Shown here piece after piece: positions 25,505 to 38,768 of a stretch of DNA of 64,000 nt. The position numbers and the translations under genes were made by a program. How positions within the stretch are numbered: position 1 is the stretch's first letter; every line of letters begins with the position of its first letter. Below the pieces are notes generated by a model, which saw only the letters and a list, made by a program, of their open reading frames with translations, had not been told where the DNA came from and made no database searches. Origin of the DNA: Octopus sinensis (lineage: Eukaryota). Location: positions 136,214,001 to 136,278,000 of the forward strand of contig NC_042997.1 in the NCBI RefSeq assembly GCF_006345805.1, read 5' to 3'.

Positions 25505-25810
25505 AAATGGTAAATCTAGTTGAGTTGCTCATGAAGATAACATGGATGCCGCTCAAGCTCAAAAGATTGGCTGTTATGAAAACCTCCTAGAGGAATGTGA
25601 AGACACAGGCTGGAAAGCAGAGCATTTTTCAATCAAAGTTGGATGTAGAGGGTTTGTTGGACACAGTGTGAAGTGACTATTGCCATCATTGACTTAATTC
25701 ATCGCAAAGCAAATACCACTAGGAGTAATATCCAAACTACACTGGAAAAGGCAAACCACTGGATTTGGTTAGAAAGCAACGATGAGCAATGGCTAGAAGA
25801 ATATTGAGTG
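25505..25810 (+). mobile_element. Hero/NeSL-like non-LTR retrotransposon, C-terminal restriction-like endonuclease fragment
   Basis: HEDNMDAAQAQKIGCYENLLEECEDTGWKAEHFSIKVGCRGFVGHSV and LEKANHWIWL match the Hero-type RLE C-terminus pattern (EVGCRGF, WLWLKR). Confidence 0.75.
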
Positions 25811-26014
25811 AAACCTGATGACCAGTTGATCTAGCAAGCAGGGTCTCATTTCAGTGAGGGGTGCCCAATGATGCTGTCAAGAGATAGGTCCCGAAATGGC
25901 AGGTATTCTCTCCTAATGGCCCCATAAACTTGCTAGCATCTGGTATGCAGGGCTTTCAACAGGTAACACTTGCATCTGCATGTTGTTTGCAAAAAAATAT
26001 TTAAAAATATATAT

Positions 26015-26409
26015 TCGACCCTGTGCTTGAGGAAACCTATTGAGTCAAGTACATCAACATCAAAAATCAATGGAAATTGTAGTTGTGATCCCTGTGCCGG
26101 TGGCATGTCAAAAGCACCGTCCGGATGTGGCCAATGCCAGCGCCGCCTTCACTGGCTTCCATGCTGGTGGCATGTAAAAACCACCAATCCAATCGTGGCC
26201 ATTGCCAGCCTCGCCTGGCACCTGTGCCACTGGCACGTAAAAAGTACCCACTACACTCACGGAGTGGTTGGCATTATGAAGGGCATCCAGCTGTAGAAAC
26301 ACTGCCAGATGAGACTGGAGCCTGGTGCAGCCTTCTGGCTTCCCAGATCCCGGTTGAACCGTCCAACCCATGCTAGCATGGAAAACGGACGTTAAACGAT
26401 GATGATGAT
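26015..26409 (+). mobile_element. RTE 3' UTR/tail copy
   Basis: Reverse-complement homology to 29015-29350; ends ggacgttaaacgatgatgatgat. Confidence 0.88.
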
Positions 26410-27395
26410 ATTCATGATCCGCATTATCATCACTTTTCTATGCTGGCATTAGTTGGGCAGAACTGAGCCAGTACCTCCACCTCCAATCCCAACTGAGTTG
26501 CAGGACTACATTTTGTTCATACTTTCTCTTTGCAACATAAGTTTCTGTGTCTGGATTTAACACCAACCACCTTACAAAAAATGTATTTGTGTGTGTGAGG
26601 GTGTAGTTAGTATAACAAATAGGAGAAAAACTATTCAATAATATAGTAGGGGGTAACATATTTTAGTTGATCCAGTAGCATCATAGACAATGTCTTTGTG
26701 TTGTGTCCCTATCCCAAATTAACAATTGGTGTTGTTTTGTTTATGTCCTTGCAACTTCACGGTTTAGCAAACGACACTGATAAATAACAAACTTAAAAAT
26801 ATGTAGTGGGCGCAATTAGTTTCACTAAACCTTTCAAGGTGGTGCCACAGTTCAATAACTGAAACAAGTAAAAGAGGTAATGTATGAATGTGTATATATA
26901 AGAACTACACATACAAACCTATCTGTAGATAGAATAACAAAAAGAGAGGAGAGACACAGGCAGTAATAGAGAAGCTAGTTATATTAGTCAGCAATTGTTA
27001 GACTTTTTGAGAAAATCTAAAATATATAAGTTTACTTGTATGTCTGTATCCAACAATGTATATTATTCTCAGACTTGCACGTTATTTGAAATACAAAAAG
27101 GTCACAAATTTCCAGAACTTTCACATATATTGCTCAGATGAAACTTGGCTGAGTGACCCAAGTGTCTTATGTTCAGTAATCTTCTTTATTAGACAAGACA
27201 AACATGTAAGCACTGAGGTGCGACTGGCACCTTTATTTATGATACTGAGAATGATGGATTTTAGTTCAAATAAGAATGCAATTATTTTGTTTAACATTGT
27301 TACAGTAGTTTGTTTTAATATTAAAAGTGATGTAATTCAATTTAAAAGATCTCTGATATCACCGTTAAAAACCAGTGTTCAATTCTTGTTTCATC

Positions 27396-27585
27396 TTAAC
27401 TCCTTAACATTCAGATTGTTTATTCACATTGCTTTGAATTAATCATGCATTACCTGTAGCCTTGAGATTTAATTGATCTGATTGCTTATTTTTAGATTGA
27501 CTTTCTAGAGGCCAGGCCTGACCGGTTTGAACATAAAACAGGTAGAATATTTGGGCCAGATATGGCCGGTTTAAATGCTAAAAGG
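27396..27585. mobile_element. piggyBac-type MITE remnant
   Basis: TTAA at 27396 followed by ctccttaacatt; opposite end aatgctaaaagg (degenerate inverted terminus); similar gctaacgggttaa end at 48362-48374. Confidence 0.55.
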
Positions 27586-28938
27586 AGAAACATATCAATT
27601 AAAATCTTCCTTGCTACATGGAGAGGAAGCCACTCTGTCATGTGTTAACATCATCAGATGATCTAGTTCTTATTCCCAATGTTTCAATAATGTGAAGTGT
27701 CATCATGTAGTCAACATCATTTAACATCCATGTTTCATGCTGGCATGGGTTGGACAGTTTGACGATGAAGAATTAATTGTTATGTCCAAATATACAATGA
27801 AACATCAATGCTTCATTGCATATATATAAGCAGATAAAAAAAATCATAGTGACTGCCTGCAAGCGAGTATGACTTAGTAATGTATATCATGCTTTCACTC
27901 ATTATTTTAAGTGTCTACATAGTTACAAGCAGATAGACACTCTACTGACCTTCTCACCTTTATCTCATAATTTTGTTGATCCAAACACCTGATTAATAAT
28001 TCAAGAAAGTAGTTATTTTACTCAGACTGTTCAAATTGATTATGTTTATTTACTTGGGAACATGACTATAAAAGAATTTAGCATCAAATTTGATTTCAAC
28101 TTACATTTTCCACAGCTATTCTAACAACAGTGTAATAATACTTCTGTAACCTCTCGGAGGAAACATGACTCCTCCTTCACTCCTCTCCACCCTTCATTTA
28201 TGGTTTGAGAATAATTCTATAATTGTTGTAAACTGGAATAGAACTTACTCTCTTTCTGCTCACATCCATTCTCCATTTAATGCTACTTGGTTTGCATCTT
28301 TTAGAGAGATAGATTAGATAAAATGGACTCAAAGACCAACTAGAAAGTGAAAGTAGTATCTAACTTAGGATGTCTCATAGATAGTGGTGGCAATGGTGTT
28401 GGAGGTGGTAGATGTGGTTATCATGGCAGTGGTGGTGGTGGTGTAGTGTTGACAGTGGATGTGTATGATGGCAGCAATTATAGTGTTGGTGTTTTTGCAG
28501 AGGTGGTGGTGTGGTGGGGTGGCGGAAGTGGATGATGATGATAATGATGATGATAGAAGTAGTGGCATTGATTATGTTAGGATGTCTCAGTAGTGGTTGT
28601 GAAGATGATTCTGATATTGATAGTCTTTGCATTGAGGTGGTGGCAGAGTCAGAGTAAATAATAAGAGCCCAGTTAACACAAGATTCTTAAATTTTGGAGA
28701 TCTTAAGATAGAGAGCAAGAAGTTAAAAGTTCCAATACTGTCCCAATTCCTACACCCCAGATTCTTCAACTATTTTATAAGAAAGGGGTTAATGGCAGGT
28801 TGTATACCAAAAAATACATAAATAAATTACTGTTTTATTCTTTGGCAACACGTGTTTCATGAGGTACATCCTCGGGTTCCTAAACCACACCTTGTTTCCC
28901 TGGAACCCCTCTCAAGATGCCAACACAATCATCAAGCC

Positions 28939-29003
28939 CTGTTAGTGTGTGTGAAGAGACAGAGAGAGTAATGTGTGAAAGAGAGAGATAACTGAAATTT
29001 TTT
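28939..29003 (+). repeat. Perfect 65-bp direct repeat, second copy 34909-34973
   Basis: ctgttagtgtgtgtgaagagacagagagagtaatgtgtgaaagagagagataactgaaatttttt identical at both sites, 5970 bp apart. Confidence 0.95.
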
Positions 29004-29672
29004 ACTCGGTGTGTATCATCATCATCATCATCATCATCGTTTAACGTCCGTTTTCCATGCTAGCATGGGTTGGACGGTTCAACCGGGATCTGGGAAGCCA
29101 GAAGGCTGCACCAGGCTCCAGTCTGATCTGGCAGTGTTTCTACAGCTGGATGCCCTTCATAATGCCAACCACTCCGTGAGTGTAGTGGGTACTTTTTATG
29201 TGCCATTGGCACAGGTGCCAGAGGGGTCTGGCATCGGCCACGTTCGGATGGTGCTTTTTATGTGTCACCGGCACAGGTATCACAACTACTGTTTCCATTG
29301 ATATTTGGTTTGATGTTCATGTACATGCACTTGACTCAACAGGTCTCCTCAAGCACAGTGAGATGTTCCGGGATCCAAGGTACTTTGAATGGGCAGGGGG
29401 TATGCGGAACTGGTGCCGGAAGCATCACGGGTCTTAGTAGTCACAGCACATCTCCAGAGATCTCAGTCCTTCGCCATTGCCTCAGTGAGGCCCAACGCTC
29501 TGAGGTCATGCTTGCCTACCTCATCCCATGTCTTCCTGGGTCTACCTCTCCCCCTGATTCCTTCAACTGTTCGGGAGTGGCACTTCTTCACACATCTCTC
29601 CTTATCCATCCGCAGTACATGACCATACCATCGCAAGCGTCGCTCTTGCACACCGCATCTGATGCTTCTTAT

Positions 29673-32600
29673 AATAATAATAATGAAATTATTGTATACA
29701 GTGCTCAGGTGCACCACAACTTGTCAGAAAGTGCATATAAAGTACATGCAGCAATGTAGAAATGTCTGGAAAGTGAACATGCTTGTGTGTGTATGGAGGG
29801 GAGAAAATCAAGTGTAGTGTTGGCGAATCTCAGGAAGCATGGAAGTTTTGAAGGATGCAGTGCTCCGACAACTAACAACCGATGCCGGCAGTTTGTTCCA
29901 CGCTTCAGCAACTCTCAGCGTGAAAAAATGTTTCCTGAAGTCATGGGAGCTGTGCTGTTTTCTTACTTTGTAAATATGTCCACGGGTGTTAGATGGGTGG
30001 AGTTTGAAGAGGTGCTCAGAGTTATTGTTTGTGCGATGGTTGATAATTTTATGGGTGTCTGCCAAGTCAGCTGCCAGACGTCGGAGTTTTAATGTGTCCA
30101 TGCCCAGGGAAGTAAGGCGTTCAGGATATGGCAAATGCCTGATGGAGGGTATTCTTTTGGTTGCACGTCGCTGAACAGCTTCTAGACGATTGATGTCCTG
30201 GGCAAGATAAGGGTTCCAGACCGGTGATGCAAATTCCAGGTGAGGTCTTACCATAGCTATATAAAGCCGCAGATAGATAGCCGGAGAGCGGCTCACAAAG
30301 GATTTGGTGAGTGATGCCAAGACACCCTCAGCCTTCTTGACAATTTTAGCGATGTGTTTTGTCCAACGCAAATCACTGTCGACAATAACACCCAGGTCAC
30401 GTTCACTTGAAGACTTTTTGAGACTAGTGTTGTGGAGGGAGTAGGTGGACGCTGGGTTTCTCCTCCCAAAATGCATGGTGGTACATTTGTCCACAGCCAG
30501 CTTCAGTTGCCAGTCCATGATCCACTGCTGCATTGTGTCCAGGTCTGCTTGCAATAGAGATCCATAGTGTACAGGATTTGACCTCTTTATTTGGAGGTAC
30601 AGCTTGATGTCATCTGCATATTTCAGCACTGTGGCATTCTTTAAGTTGGCATCTATGTCATTAACATATGCAACAAATAAAAGAGGGCCAAGAACAGATC
30701 CCTGCGGCACACCAGATGTCATCTCATAGGGCGAAGAGTGCTGTCCTAGAACTGTGACAACCTCTTTTCGGCCGAAAATAAAGGACTTTAACCAGTTATA
30801 GTTATAGAGTTCGTCTCTTACACCCAACGCAGAAAGCTTCACCATAAGTCTTTTGTGTGGCACAGAGTTAAAAGCCTTAGCAAAGTCCAGGTAAACAACA
30901 TCCACCCAGGATCCGCGATCAGTGATTTGGGTAACGTCCTCAAGAAACTCGATGAGTTGATTACAGCAGCTGGAGTTAGGAATAAATCCGAATTGTGACG
31001 GCTGGCTGAGGCTGTGAGACTTCCAGAAGTTCCAGAGGGTTTCTCTGATACAGGATTCCATCAGTTGGCGATGCAGCTAGTAAGACTGACGGGGCGATAG
31101 TTGACAGGCGATGTGCGGTCGCCTTTTTTTAACAGAGGGATGACACTGGCAGTTTTCCACTGTTCTGGAGTAACACCATTGTCGAGACAGAATTGGAAGA
31201 AAGTTGGCATAGAAGAAAGTACCCACTGCGTTTGAGAAGTAGGTATGTAACACCATTGAGACCAGGAGAGGCATAATTGCGTTTATTCTTTAGGTGGCGT
31301 TGCAGCATTGCTGGTGTAAATTGCATAGAAGATATAGAGTCCGATGTCAGTGGTGATGATGATGGAACATTTTGGTCTTCGACAGTAAAGATGCCGGCAT
31401 AGCATCCAGCAATGATTTCTGCACATTCTTCGGGATTGCCAGTAATCTGTCCTGTGTGGGGATTGCGAAGGGGACCAACAGGAGAGTGGGGTCTCTGCTT
31501 TGAGTGCACATACTTCCAGAACCCTTTGCTGTCAGGGTTAGCTGCAATGCGTTGTTCAAATTCAAGCACTGCCTTTTTTGTCACCTGCTTGAGGTGGTTG
31601 GCTGACCTATTGCGCTTTTTCCTGTTGCTCTCTGATTTATGCAATTTGTATTCCCGTTCAGCATTACGGCGTTCTTTCCTGGCAAGTCGGACTGCAGTCT
31701 CTCAAATTGCACTATTGGGTGGTTTTTTGTGCTTGCGTGGTACTGATGCTGCACATGCTGCCCATATTGAATTCAGAATGTTCTGGAGTATAGTGTCCAC
31801 ATCTCCAGAGGCATAAAACTCGCGCCAGTTTGGGCGTTGCAGCTCAGTACAATAAGAGCTCCAGTTTGCTTTATTCCAGTCAAAGCGGGCAATCTGAAGA
31901 TGGTTGTGTTTTTTGTTACAACCAATCAGAGACAAGTCGGCCATGATCATGGAATGATCAGAGTCACCCAAAGGTTCTTCGGTAGCGACACTAATGATTG
32001 TTTCAGGAGAAGCGGTTAGTAGCAGATCCAAAGTGTTGTTACCTCTTGTGGGGGAGGTAACAACTTGGGACCAATTCGAATTCAGCACCAGTTCAAGAAA
32101 ATCGTCTGCACTTTGCGGCCAACGGAAGGCCTCCCAGTCAATCTCAGGGAAATTGAAGTCCCCCGCAACATACACATATGTGGCTGTTTTCATGGCAGCC
32201 GCCCTGAGGAGATCAAAAAGCTGTGCGTCTTGGCGATAATTTGGAGGACGGTAAACGACTCCGAGCAGAAGTGTTGACATGGTCATGTGTACATTGCAGA
32301 AAAATACCTCCTGCTGAGATTGGTTCAAATCATCACAGGGGATTGCCGAAAGACTTGATCGAACATAAATCATCACACCCCCTCCACGGCGATTAATGCG
32401 GTCTTTGCGGAACAGGTTGTAGCCGGCTATGCTGAAAACTCCATCACAGAGTGCAGAGTGTGCCCACGTTTCCGTGACTGTGATGAAATCTGGGTTGATA
32501 CTTTTGACGTAGGAGACAAAAAGATGCACCTTGTTGCATAAACTACGGGCATTCAAGGACAGCAGTTTATATCTGGATTTCAGATGATGATATACAGGGG

Positions 32601-32796
32601 ATGGCTGATTGTTCTTGGTTAGTTTCCCCAAGATTTTTGCATTGCCAGTTGTTGTTGTGGGTGTAGTCTGCTCAGTCCAACTGGCATCCCTTATCCACGA
32701 CTCACCAGACTTGACGAATGTCCAGATCTGCCCATCATCGCGGAGGCTAAAACTCTCCCGTGGCACAGAGTTGCGATTTAGGGAAGCCACGGATTC
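29673..32796 (-). mobile_element. CR1-type LINE, ORF2 nearly complete (APE + RT), nested in the RTE
   Basis: APE motifs SLNARSL, TETW, GGGV, YRPP, GDFN, LDLLL, SDH; RT motifs YLDFAKAFNSVPH, GVPQGSVLGPLLF, YADD; (ATT)n tail; TSD tcttat at 29667-29672 and 32797-32802. Confidence 0.95.
29808..31061 (-). pseudogene. Uninterrupted 417-aa RT portion of CR1-type ORF2
   Basis: ORF track; upstream ORF2 broken by one in-frame TGA (31702-31704) and two frameshifts (near 31200 and 31065). Confidence 0.85.
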
Positions 32797-34451
32797 TCTT
32801 ATGCCTAGCATTTCTCTCAGGGTGCTTACACTCTGTCGTGCATTCACACTGACATTACACATCCAGCGGATCATGCTAGCTTCATTTCTTTCAAGTCTAC
32901 GCATGTCCTCTGCAGTCACGGCCCATGTTTCACTGCCGTGAAGCATGGCAGTTCGCACACATGCATCATACAATCTACCTTTCACTCTGAGTGAGAGACC
33001 CTTTGTCGCCAGTAGGGGTAGCAGCTTTCTAAACTTTGCCCAGGCTATTCGTGTTCTAGTGGTGACACTCTCTGAGCATCCACCCCACTACTAACTTGGT
33101 CACCCAGGTAGCGGAAACTATCAACTACTTCTAGTTTCTCTCCCTGGAGTGTGATGGAATCTGTTTTCTGAGTGTCTGTGGTGTCTATTGTCCCTGTGCA
33201 TCTGCCGCACATGAAAGCTATCTTATCTGTTAATTTCCCTTTAATGTTGCTGCACCTCTTGTGCGTCCATAGCTTACATTGGGTGCATCTTATGGAGTTT
33301 CTACCTACACCTTTCCTACAGCTCGAGCAGGGCCACCTGCCCGATGGGGTGTGTGCTGAGTTCGCCTTTCTGCATACTATAACTTTGTTCTTCGCTACAT
33401 TTACTCTAAGGCCCTTTGATTCCAACCTTGTTTCCACACCCGAAATTTCTTTTTTAGTTCCGGTAGCGATTCTGCTATGAGGGCCAGGTCATCAGCATAG
33501 AGGAGCTCCCAGGGGCAACCTGTTTTGAATTCCTCTGTTATTGCCTGGATGACTATGATGAATAAAAGGGGACTGAGGGCTGAGCCCTGGTGTACACCTA
33601 CTTCTACCCGGAATTCTTCACTATATTCGTTGCCAATCCTAACCTTGCTGACAGCCTCTCTGTATAGAGCCTGTACAGCCCTTATTAGCCATTCGTGAAT
33701 CAACAGTTTCCGCATCGACCACCAGATAAGGGATCGGGGAACCCTGTCAAAGGCTTTCTCCAAGTCCACAAAAGCTATGTAGAGGGGTTTATCTTTAGCT
33801 AGGTATTTCTCCAGCAGTTGTCGGACCAGGAATCTAGCATCAGTGGTGCTTCTACCCGACACAAAACCGAACTGCATCTCATCTAAGCAAATTCTCTCCC
33901 TAATGAGATGGGTTATGACCCTCTCTGTGGCCTTCATCACCTGATCCAACAGTTTAATACCCCTGTAGTTATTTCTATCTAGAGCATCACCCTTACCCTT
34001 GTAGTAGTTGACTATGGTGCTGCTACGCCAGTCATGGGGTATGACTCCATTATGAACTACCTGGTTAACAATACGGGTGACTAGGCCATAGCCCGCATAA
34101 CCAGCTGTTTTAAGCATCTCAGCAGTGATTCATGATGGGCCGGGGGCTTTACCTGTTTCATATCCTTAATTGCCTAACTACAAGGGAGCTGTCTATTTGG
34201 ATAGTGGTCCCTCTAGGGGTGTCATTTGGCAGCTCTCTCCTCTCATTCATTCTCCACATTCAACAGTCTTTCATAATGGCTTCTCCAAGCCTCTTTCTTT
34301 TCACCAACAATAAAAGCAAGTGCCCCATCATCCATGCGGACACATTTCTCCCCTGTAACATCACTATTTTCTCTGACACACTGTCTAGCAATACGAAATA
34401 CCTCAGTTCTTTGGTCCTCACGTCGCTGGACATTGGCAAACTTCTTTTCTG

Positions 34452-34511
<60 letters not shown>

Positions 34512-34523
34512 TGGTGTGTGTGT

Positions 34524-34556
<33 letters not shown>

Positions 34557-37039
34557 TGATAGGCAAAATCGACCTCGGCGGAATTTGAACTCAGAACGTA
34601 ACGGCAGACGAAATACGGCTACGCATTTCGCCCGGCGTGCTAACGTTTCTGCCAGCTCTTTGCTTTTTTAATATTACATTTCGGCGAAGTTTCGCTTGTC
34701 GTAGCACAAGTTTTCCGTCGATTTCCGTAAAAAACTTTTATTTTTTTACATAAGTAATGAGAGCGAAAGAGACTAAGAGGAAGCGATTTTATGACGAGGG
34801 AAGTTTGTCTTTGAAGTTACCGTCTAGGGGAAGCATTGATGTACATGTGTGTGTGTGTGTGTGTTTGATGGGGTGTGGGAGACAGTATGTTGTGTAAGTG
34901 AAGTGCTTCTGTTAGTGTGTGTGAAGAGACAGAGAGAGTAATGTGTGAAAGAGAGAGATAACTGAAATTTTTTGGCCGATTCATCGTAATTACGATGAAT
35001 CGGCCATACATACATACACACACGCACATACATACACACACACTCATACTTGCACATACATACACACACACATACATGCAGACATACAGAATGGAAACAT
35101 TTTCAATTTAATACATGTGGCTTATTAACTAGTTTTAAATATTGTTATTAGAAGGTGGCTGACTTGTTTACATTTAAGATGTTTAATACGTCACGAAATT
35201 GGTGGTCGAGACGGAGTAAATAAAATAAAGCCGAATGACGGAATATCATTGGTTAAAATTCTAATTATTAAACAACGTTAAACTTAGAAGTTACAATTCC
35301 GTTTTCATTCTGGTTTACAATTAAGTTTACTTTTGACACATTCTACCAGTATACGAAGTTTCAAATTGTTTGGTTCAGTAGGAAAAATTTGAAAAAACTG
35401 GCTTCAGAATAGAAAAGATCCGAAATTCTTATTAGTACTATTATTTAGTGTGAGCAAAAGAAAAATGGTGATCAGGGAACATCTGCAGGGTTTCCCAAAC
35501 TGTTAATATGAATGCTGAGGATGTTTTTTTTCAACTTCTGTAAATTGATGTCTAAAGAAAAAGTGATTCTTTGTAGAGGTTGCCATTCTAGAGAGAAATG
35601 ATTATATAAAATATTTAGTATAAGGTTTGAGCTGTGAGACATGTTAAAGATGATGATGTGGGCTCAGTTTGATATAGTATACAGATTGTTAATTCACAGG
35701 AACAGCAGAGGCTGCTGTTTTTTTATCTCTATTTTATTTGAACAATTTGGCTGGACGAAGGGACTGTATCCTTAGCTTTTGTATTCCTTCTGAGACGAAA
35801 GATAAGAGTTGTGCCTATGGTTTTTGCAGGCTACTCAAGACTGGTAAGATTGACGCAGATGATCTTGAATAATATGTTGATGGATGTAGAAGAAAAAACA
35901 TGGGCAAGGAAGGAATTTCATAAGGTTGACAATCTGGTAAGAAAGAGTTGAAAACAGGTTAATGCTTGGTTTGCAAGTGAAATACAACCTACGTAAGTTT
36001 CGAACCACTTCTCGCCAGATGCTGTAACGTGGTATGTATCCAATATAGTAGCGCCACCACTATTGGGATAATGGCCTAGGATACACGGTACCAGTGTGAT
36101 ACAATAACAAGATAACAATGCAGCAGCAATAGAAATGTAACAATCCAACAATCGCCAACGATCGCCAACAATAAATATTCCAAATGAACAAACCAACCGA
36201 CACTTTCCAAATTCACTGTGAAATAACACAAACTTCTACGGTTCAGTTCAAATGTAAAGTAAAGTGTGTTGATACTGCTACTTAATTTCTGATAGGTAAT
36301 TATTTTCAATTAATCTTTAGTACCACTTTAGCACACAGTATAAGTGGCCATTTACACTTTAGCATGCTATTTAACCCTAATTACAAACCATAGCTTTAAC
36401 CCTAACCTAACCCATAACGAAGTATGTATACGATATAAACAAAAGAAAAGACAATATAAACAGATAAAGATTAAATCAATTTTAATGCGGAATATAAAAG
36501 TTTAAAATGCAGTGTAAGATTTCATGGCAGTACATACACAATTCGGGCAGAAGTGCATATAAAAAAAATAACCAAGCAGGTGTAACACATACAAATTAAC
36601 GCAGACAAGTAAACAAAATTTGGTGAAAATAAATCCCGAAATTAACGCAAGCAAGAAAACAAAAGTTGGTGAAAATAAATCACGGAATTAAAGCCGACAA
36701 GTAAACAAAAATAAAGTAGAACAGAGCTGTGAAAACAGTCACAGGCAGTAAGTAAAAATATCCAAATGAATATAGTAGAGATGACCCGGAAGTTGTTGCT
36801 TTTCTGCAAACAACAGTACACGTCATTGATTGGTTAACATTACCCAAACATGACAACTTTAACAGGAAATAACTTCTAAAATACGAAATTTTTGTCAAAA
36901 ACGTTCAGAATAAACCGTGTTCTACGTGAGAAATTCTACCAGTATACGAAGTTTCAAACTGTTTAGTTTTTTTAAAAAATAATTAAAAATCTGAGATTGA
37001 GATTGAACAGATCCCAAAACTCTCCGACGAACATATATA

Positions 37040-37275
37040 TACGTTTCTACCCATCCCGTCAAGAGAAAGGACCAGGAACTGCAATGGCTTGAGGTTCAAA
37101 GGTCCACAGCTATTTGATATTTTGCCATAAAACTTGAGACATCTACATAGAGTGTGGACAGATGTTTTTCAAAAGCCCCTTGACTTTCTGCTGTCCAATA
37201 GCCAAGAGAAGCCGATATCACGGCAAGAAACTCCCTTATTCGCCAAAAGCCAACAACATAGGAATGGCCATTGAA
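37040..37275 (+). mobile_element. 3' end of a CR1/L2-group LINE
   Basis: NGLRFKGPQLFDILP*NLRHLHRVWTDVFQKPLDF resembles the conserved ORF2 C-terminus. Confidence 0.7.
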
Positions 37276-38390
37276 AAGGTGATGATACTCGCAATATATA
37301 GAAAGATAGATAGATAAATAGAGAGAGAGAGATAGAAAGAGAGAAAAAGAGATAGAGGAATAGACTGATTGAGACATATATGCATACACACATATAAGCA
37401 ATATAACATTTAATATTTCATAATATATGCAGAATAAAGATGTATTATATGTGTGTGTAACAATAATGCGATATCAATATGTATTTGAGTGCATGTACAA
37501 ATACATAAATATCAACATACGTACATATATATATATACATATATACTCACACACACACACATACATACGCGTGCGCGCAGATATAGTGAATGTGTGCGCG
37601 TCAAAAGTAGTAATTCTTATGTTTATATGTGTTTGAATGTATATGAGTATGCCTTTGTATGCAATGCACCTGACTGTTTTTATATCACTGTATGGCTCTG
37701 TGTCCAAGTACGTGTGTGCGCGGGAGCGAGGGTATTAGTGAGCATGCTTATTTTTAATATATTTATCTGTATATGTTTTTGTTTAAACCCACACACTCAT
37801 ATTGATAAGGAGAGAAATTGAACATACTCACTACCACTTGTACACACTCACGCACGCACACAGATAGTCAGTAATACTTGAAATATATTTATAAAGCGTT
37901 ATTCAAATAGTTTTAGTTGCTATGAAACCATAAAGTTCATTTGCAATATTAGTTTGTGGTTCACTCACATTTCAAACGTCTCTAAGCAAATGCAAAATAA
38001 GTAGTATACGTGATAGCAAATTGATTTCTAACATTGTCACAGGACAAGAAAAATATGGTGGGGTGGGATCCAGGAGTGAACTGAGTCGAACTCCATTATC
38101 TTACTGGTACTTATTTTATTGATACTGAAGAAAGACTAGCAAATTTTACCTCAAGATTTCAACTCAGAACCTAATGATGGTATGTAGTGGAATCACTTTG
38201 TAACTAAATATCGATTTCAAGCATAGACACATTGCCAAAAGTATTTGTGGTGGAGTACTATCAAATAATTCCAAACATCAGAAATTACCTGTATTCAATT
38301 ATAGAAATGTTTATATATTTGTTTTGCAAGATTCTTGATGTGAAATCGTGTGCTGAAACTGTTCAGAGTAAACCTTGTTCTATGTGTTCA

Positions 38391-38768
38391 TTTTTTGCCA
38401 AATAAACGTACACACTATATATTCATTCTTTATTTCAGATTTATTATTGTTCTTATTTTATGTCTTCTGTCTAGAAATCTCTCGTCACGCATCCTGTGAC
38501 CTCTTCAGTGACTCTCCATCCCACGTGTCTCCTCCTGTACTGACTATTTCTGTGCGTGTGTGAGTGTGTGTGAGTATATTCAATTTCTCTTTTTATCAAC
38601 ATGATTTTGTGAATTTAAACAAAACAGGAGGAGACACGTGGGATGTAGAGTCGCTGAAGAGGTCACAGGATGCGGGACGAAACATTTCCTGACAAAAGAC
38701 ATAAAATAAGAACAATAATAAATCTGAAGAACGAACACATAGTACGTGTGTTTATTTTGGCAAAAAAA
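38391..38768. mobile_element. Penelope-type palindrome (about 145-bp arms) with two hammerhead-like motifs (38469-38512 minus, 38650-38693 plus)
   Basis: Arms 38391-38538 and 38624-38768; plus: gtcg-CTGAAGA-g-gtcac-aggatgc-gggac-GAA-acattt-c-ctgac; minus copy: gtca-CTGAAGA-g-gtcac-aggatgc-gtgac. Confidence 0.75.

Larger units (their letters stand above)
29015..34453 (-). mobile_element. 5'-truncated RTE-clade LINE, split by a CR1-type insertion
   Basis: RT motifs NYRGIKLL, FVDLEKAFDRVP, GVHQGSALSPLLF, LLYADDL (33401-34117); C-terminus LHGSETW...LREMLGIR continues after the insert as SIRCGVQERRLRWYGHV...RGRGRPRKTW; (GAT)n tail at 29015. Confidence 0.95.

Noticed and set aside
25815-25910. CTGATGA...GAAA in the Hero 3' UTR
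   Set aside because: No convincing stem I or palindromic stem III
27056-27442. 128-aa ORF containing ETWL (APE-like motif)
   Set aside because: No other endonuclease motifs, and it runs into a MITE
28844-28891. GNTCFMRYILGFLNHT resembles a USP deubiquitinase Cys box
   Set aside because: No upstream GLxNL in frame and no flanking USP sequence; the core nucleotides (aacacgtgtttc) are the reverse complement of the GAAACACGTGT hammerhead stem-III palindrome also seen at 16.58 kb, followed by AATAAA. Likely coincidence; a TBLASTN or BLASTX search would settle it
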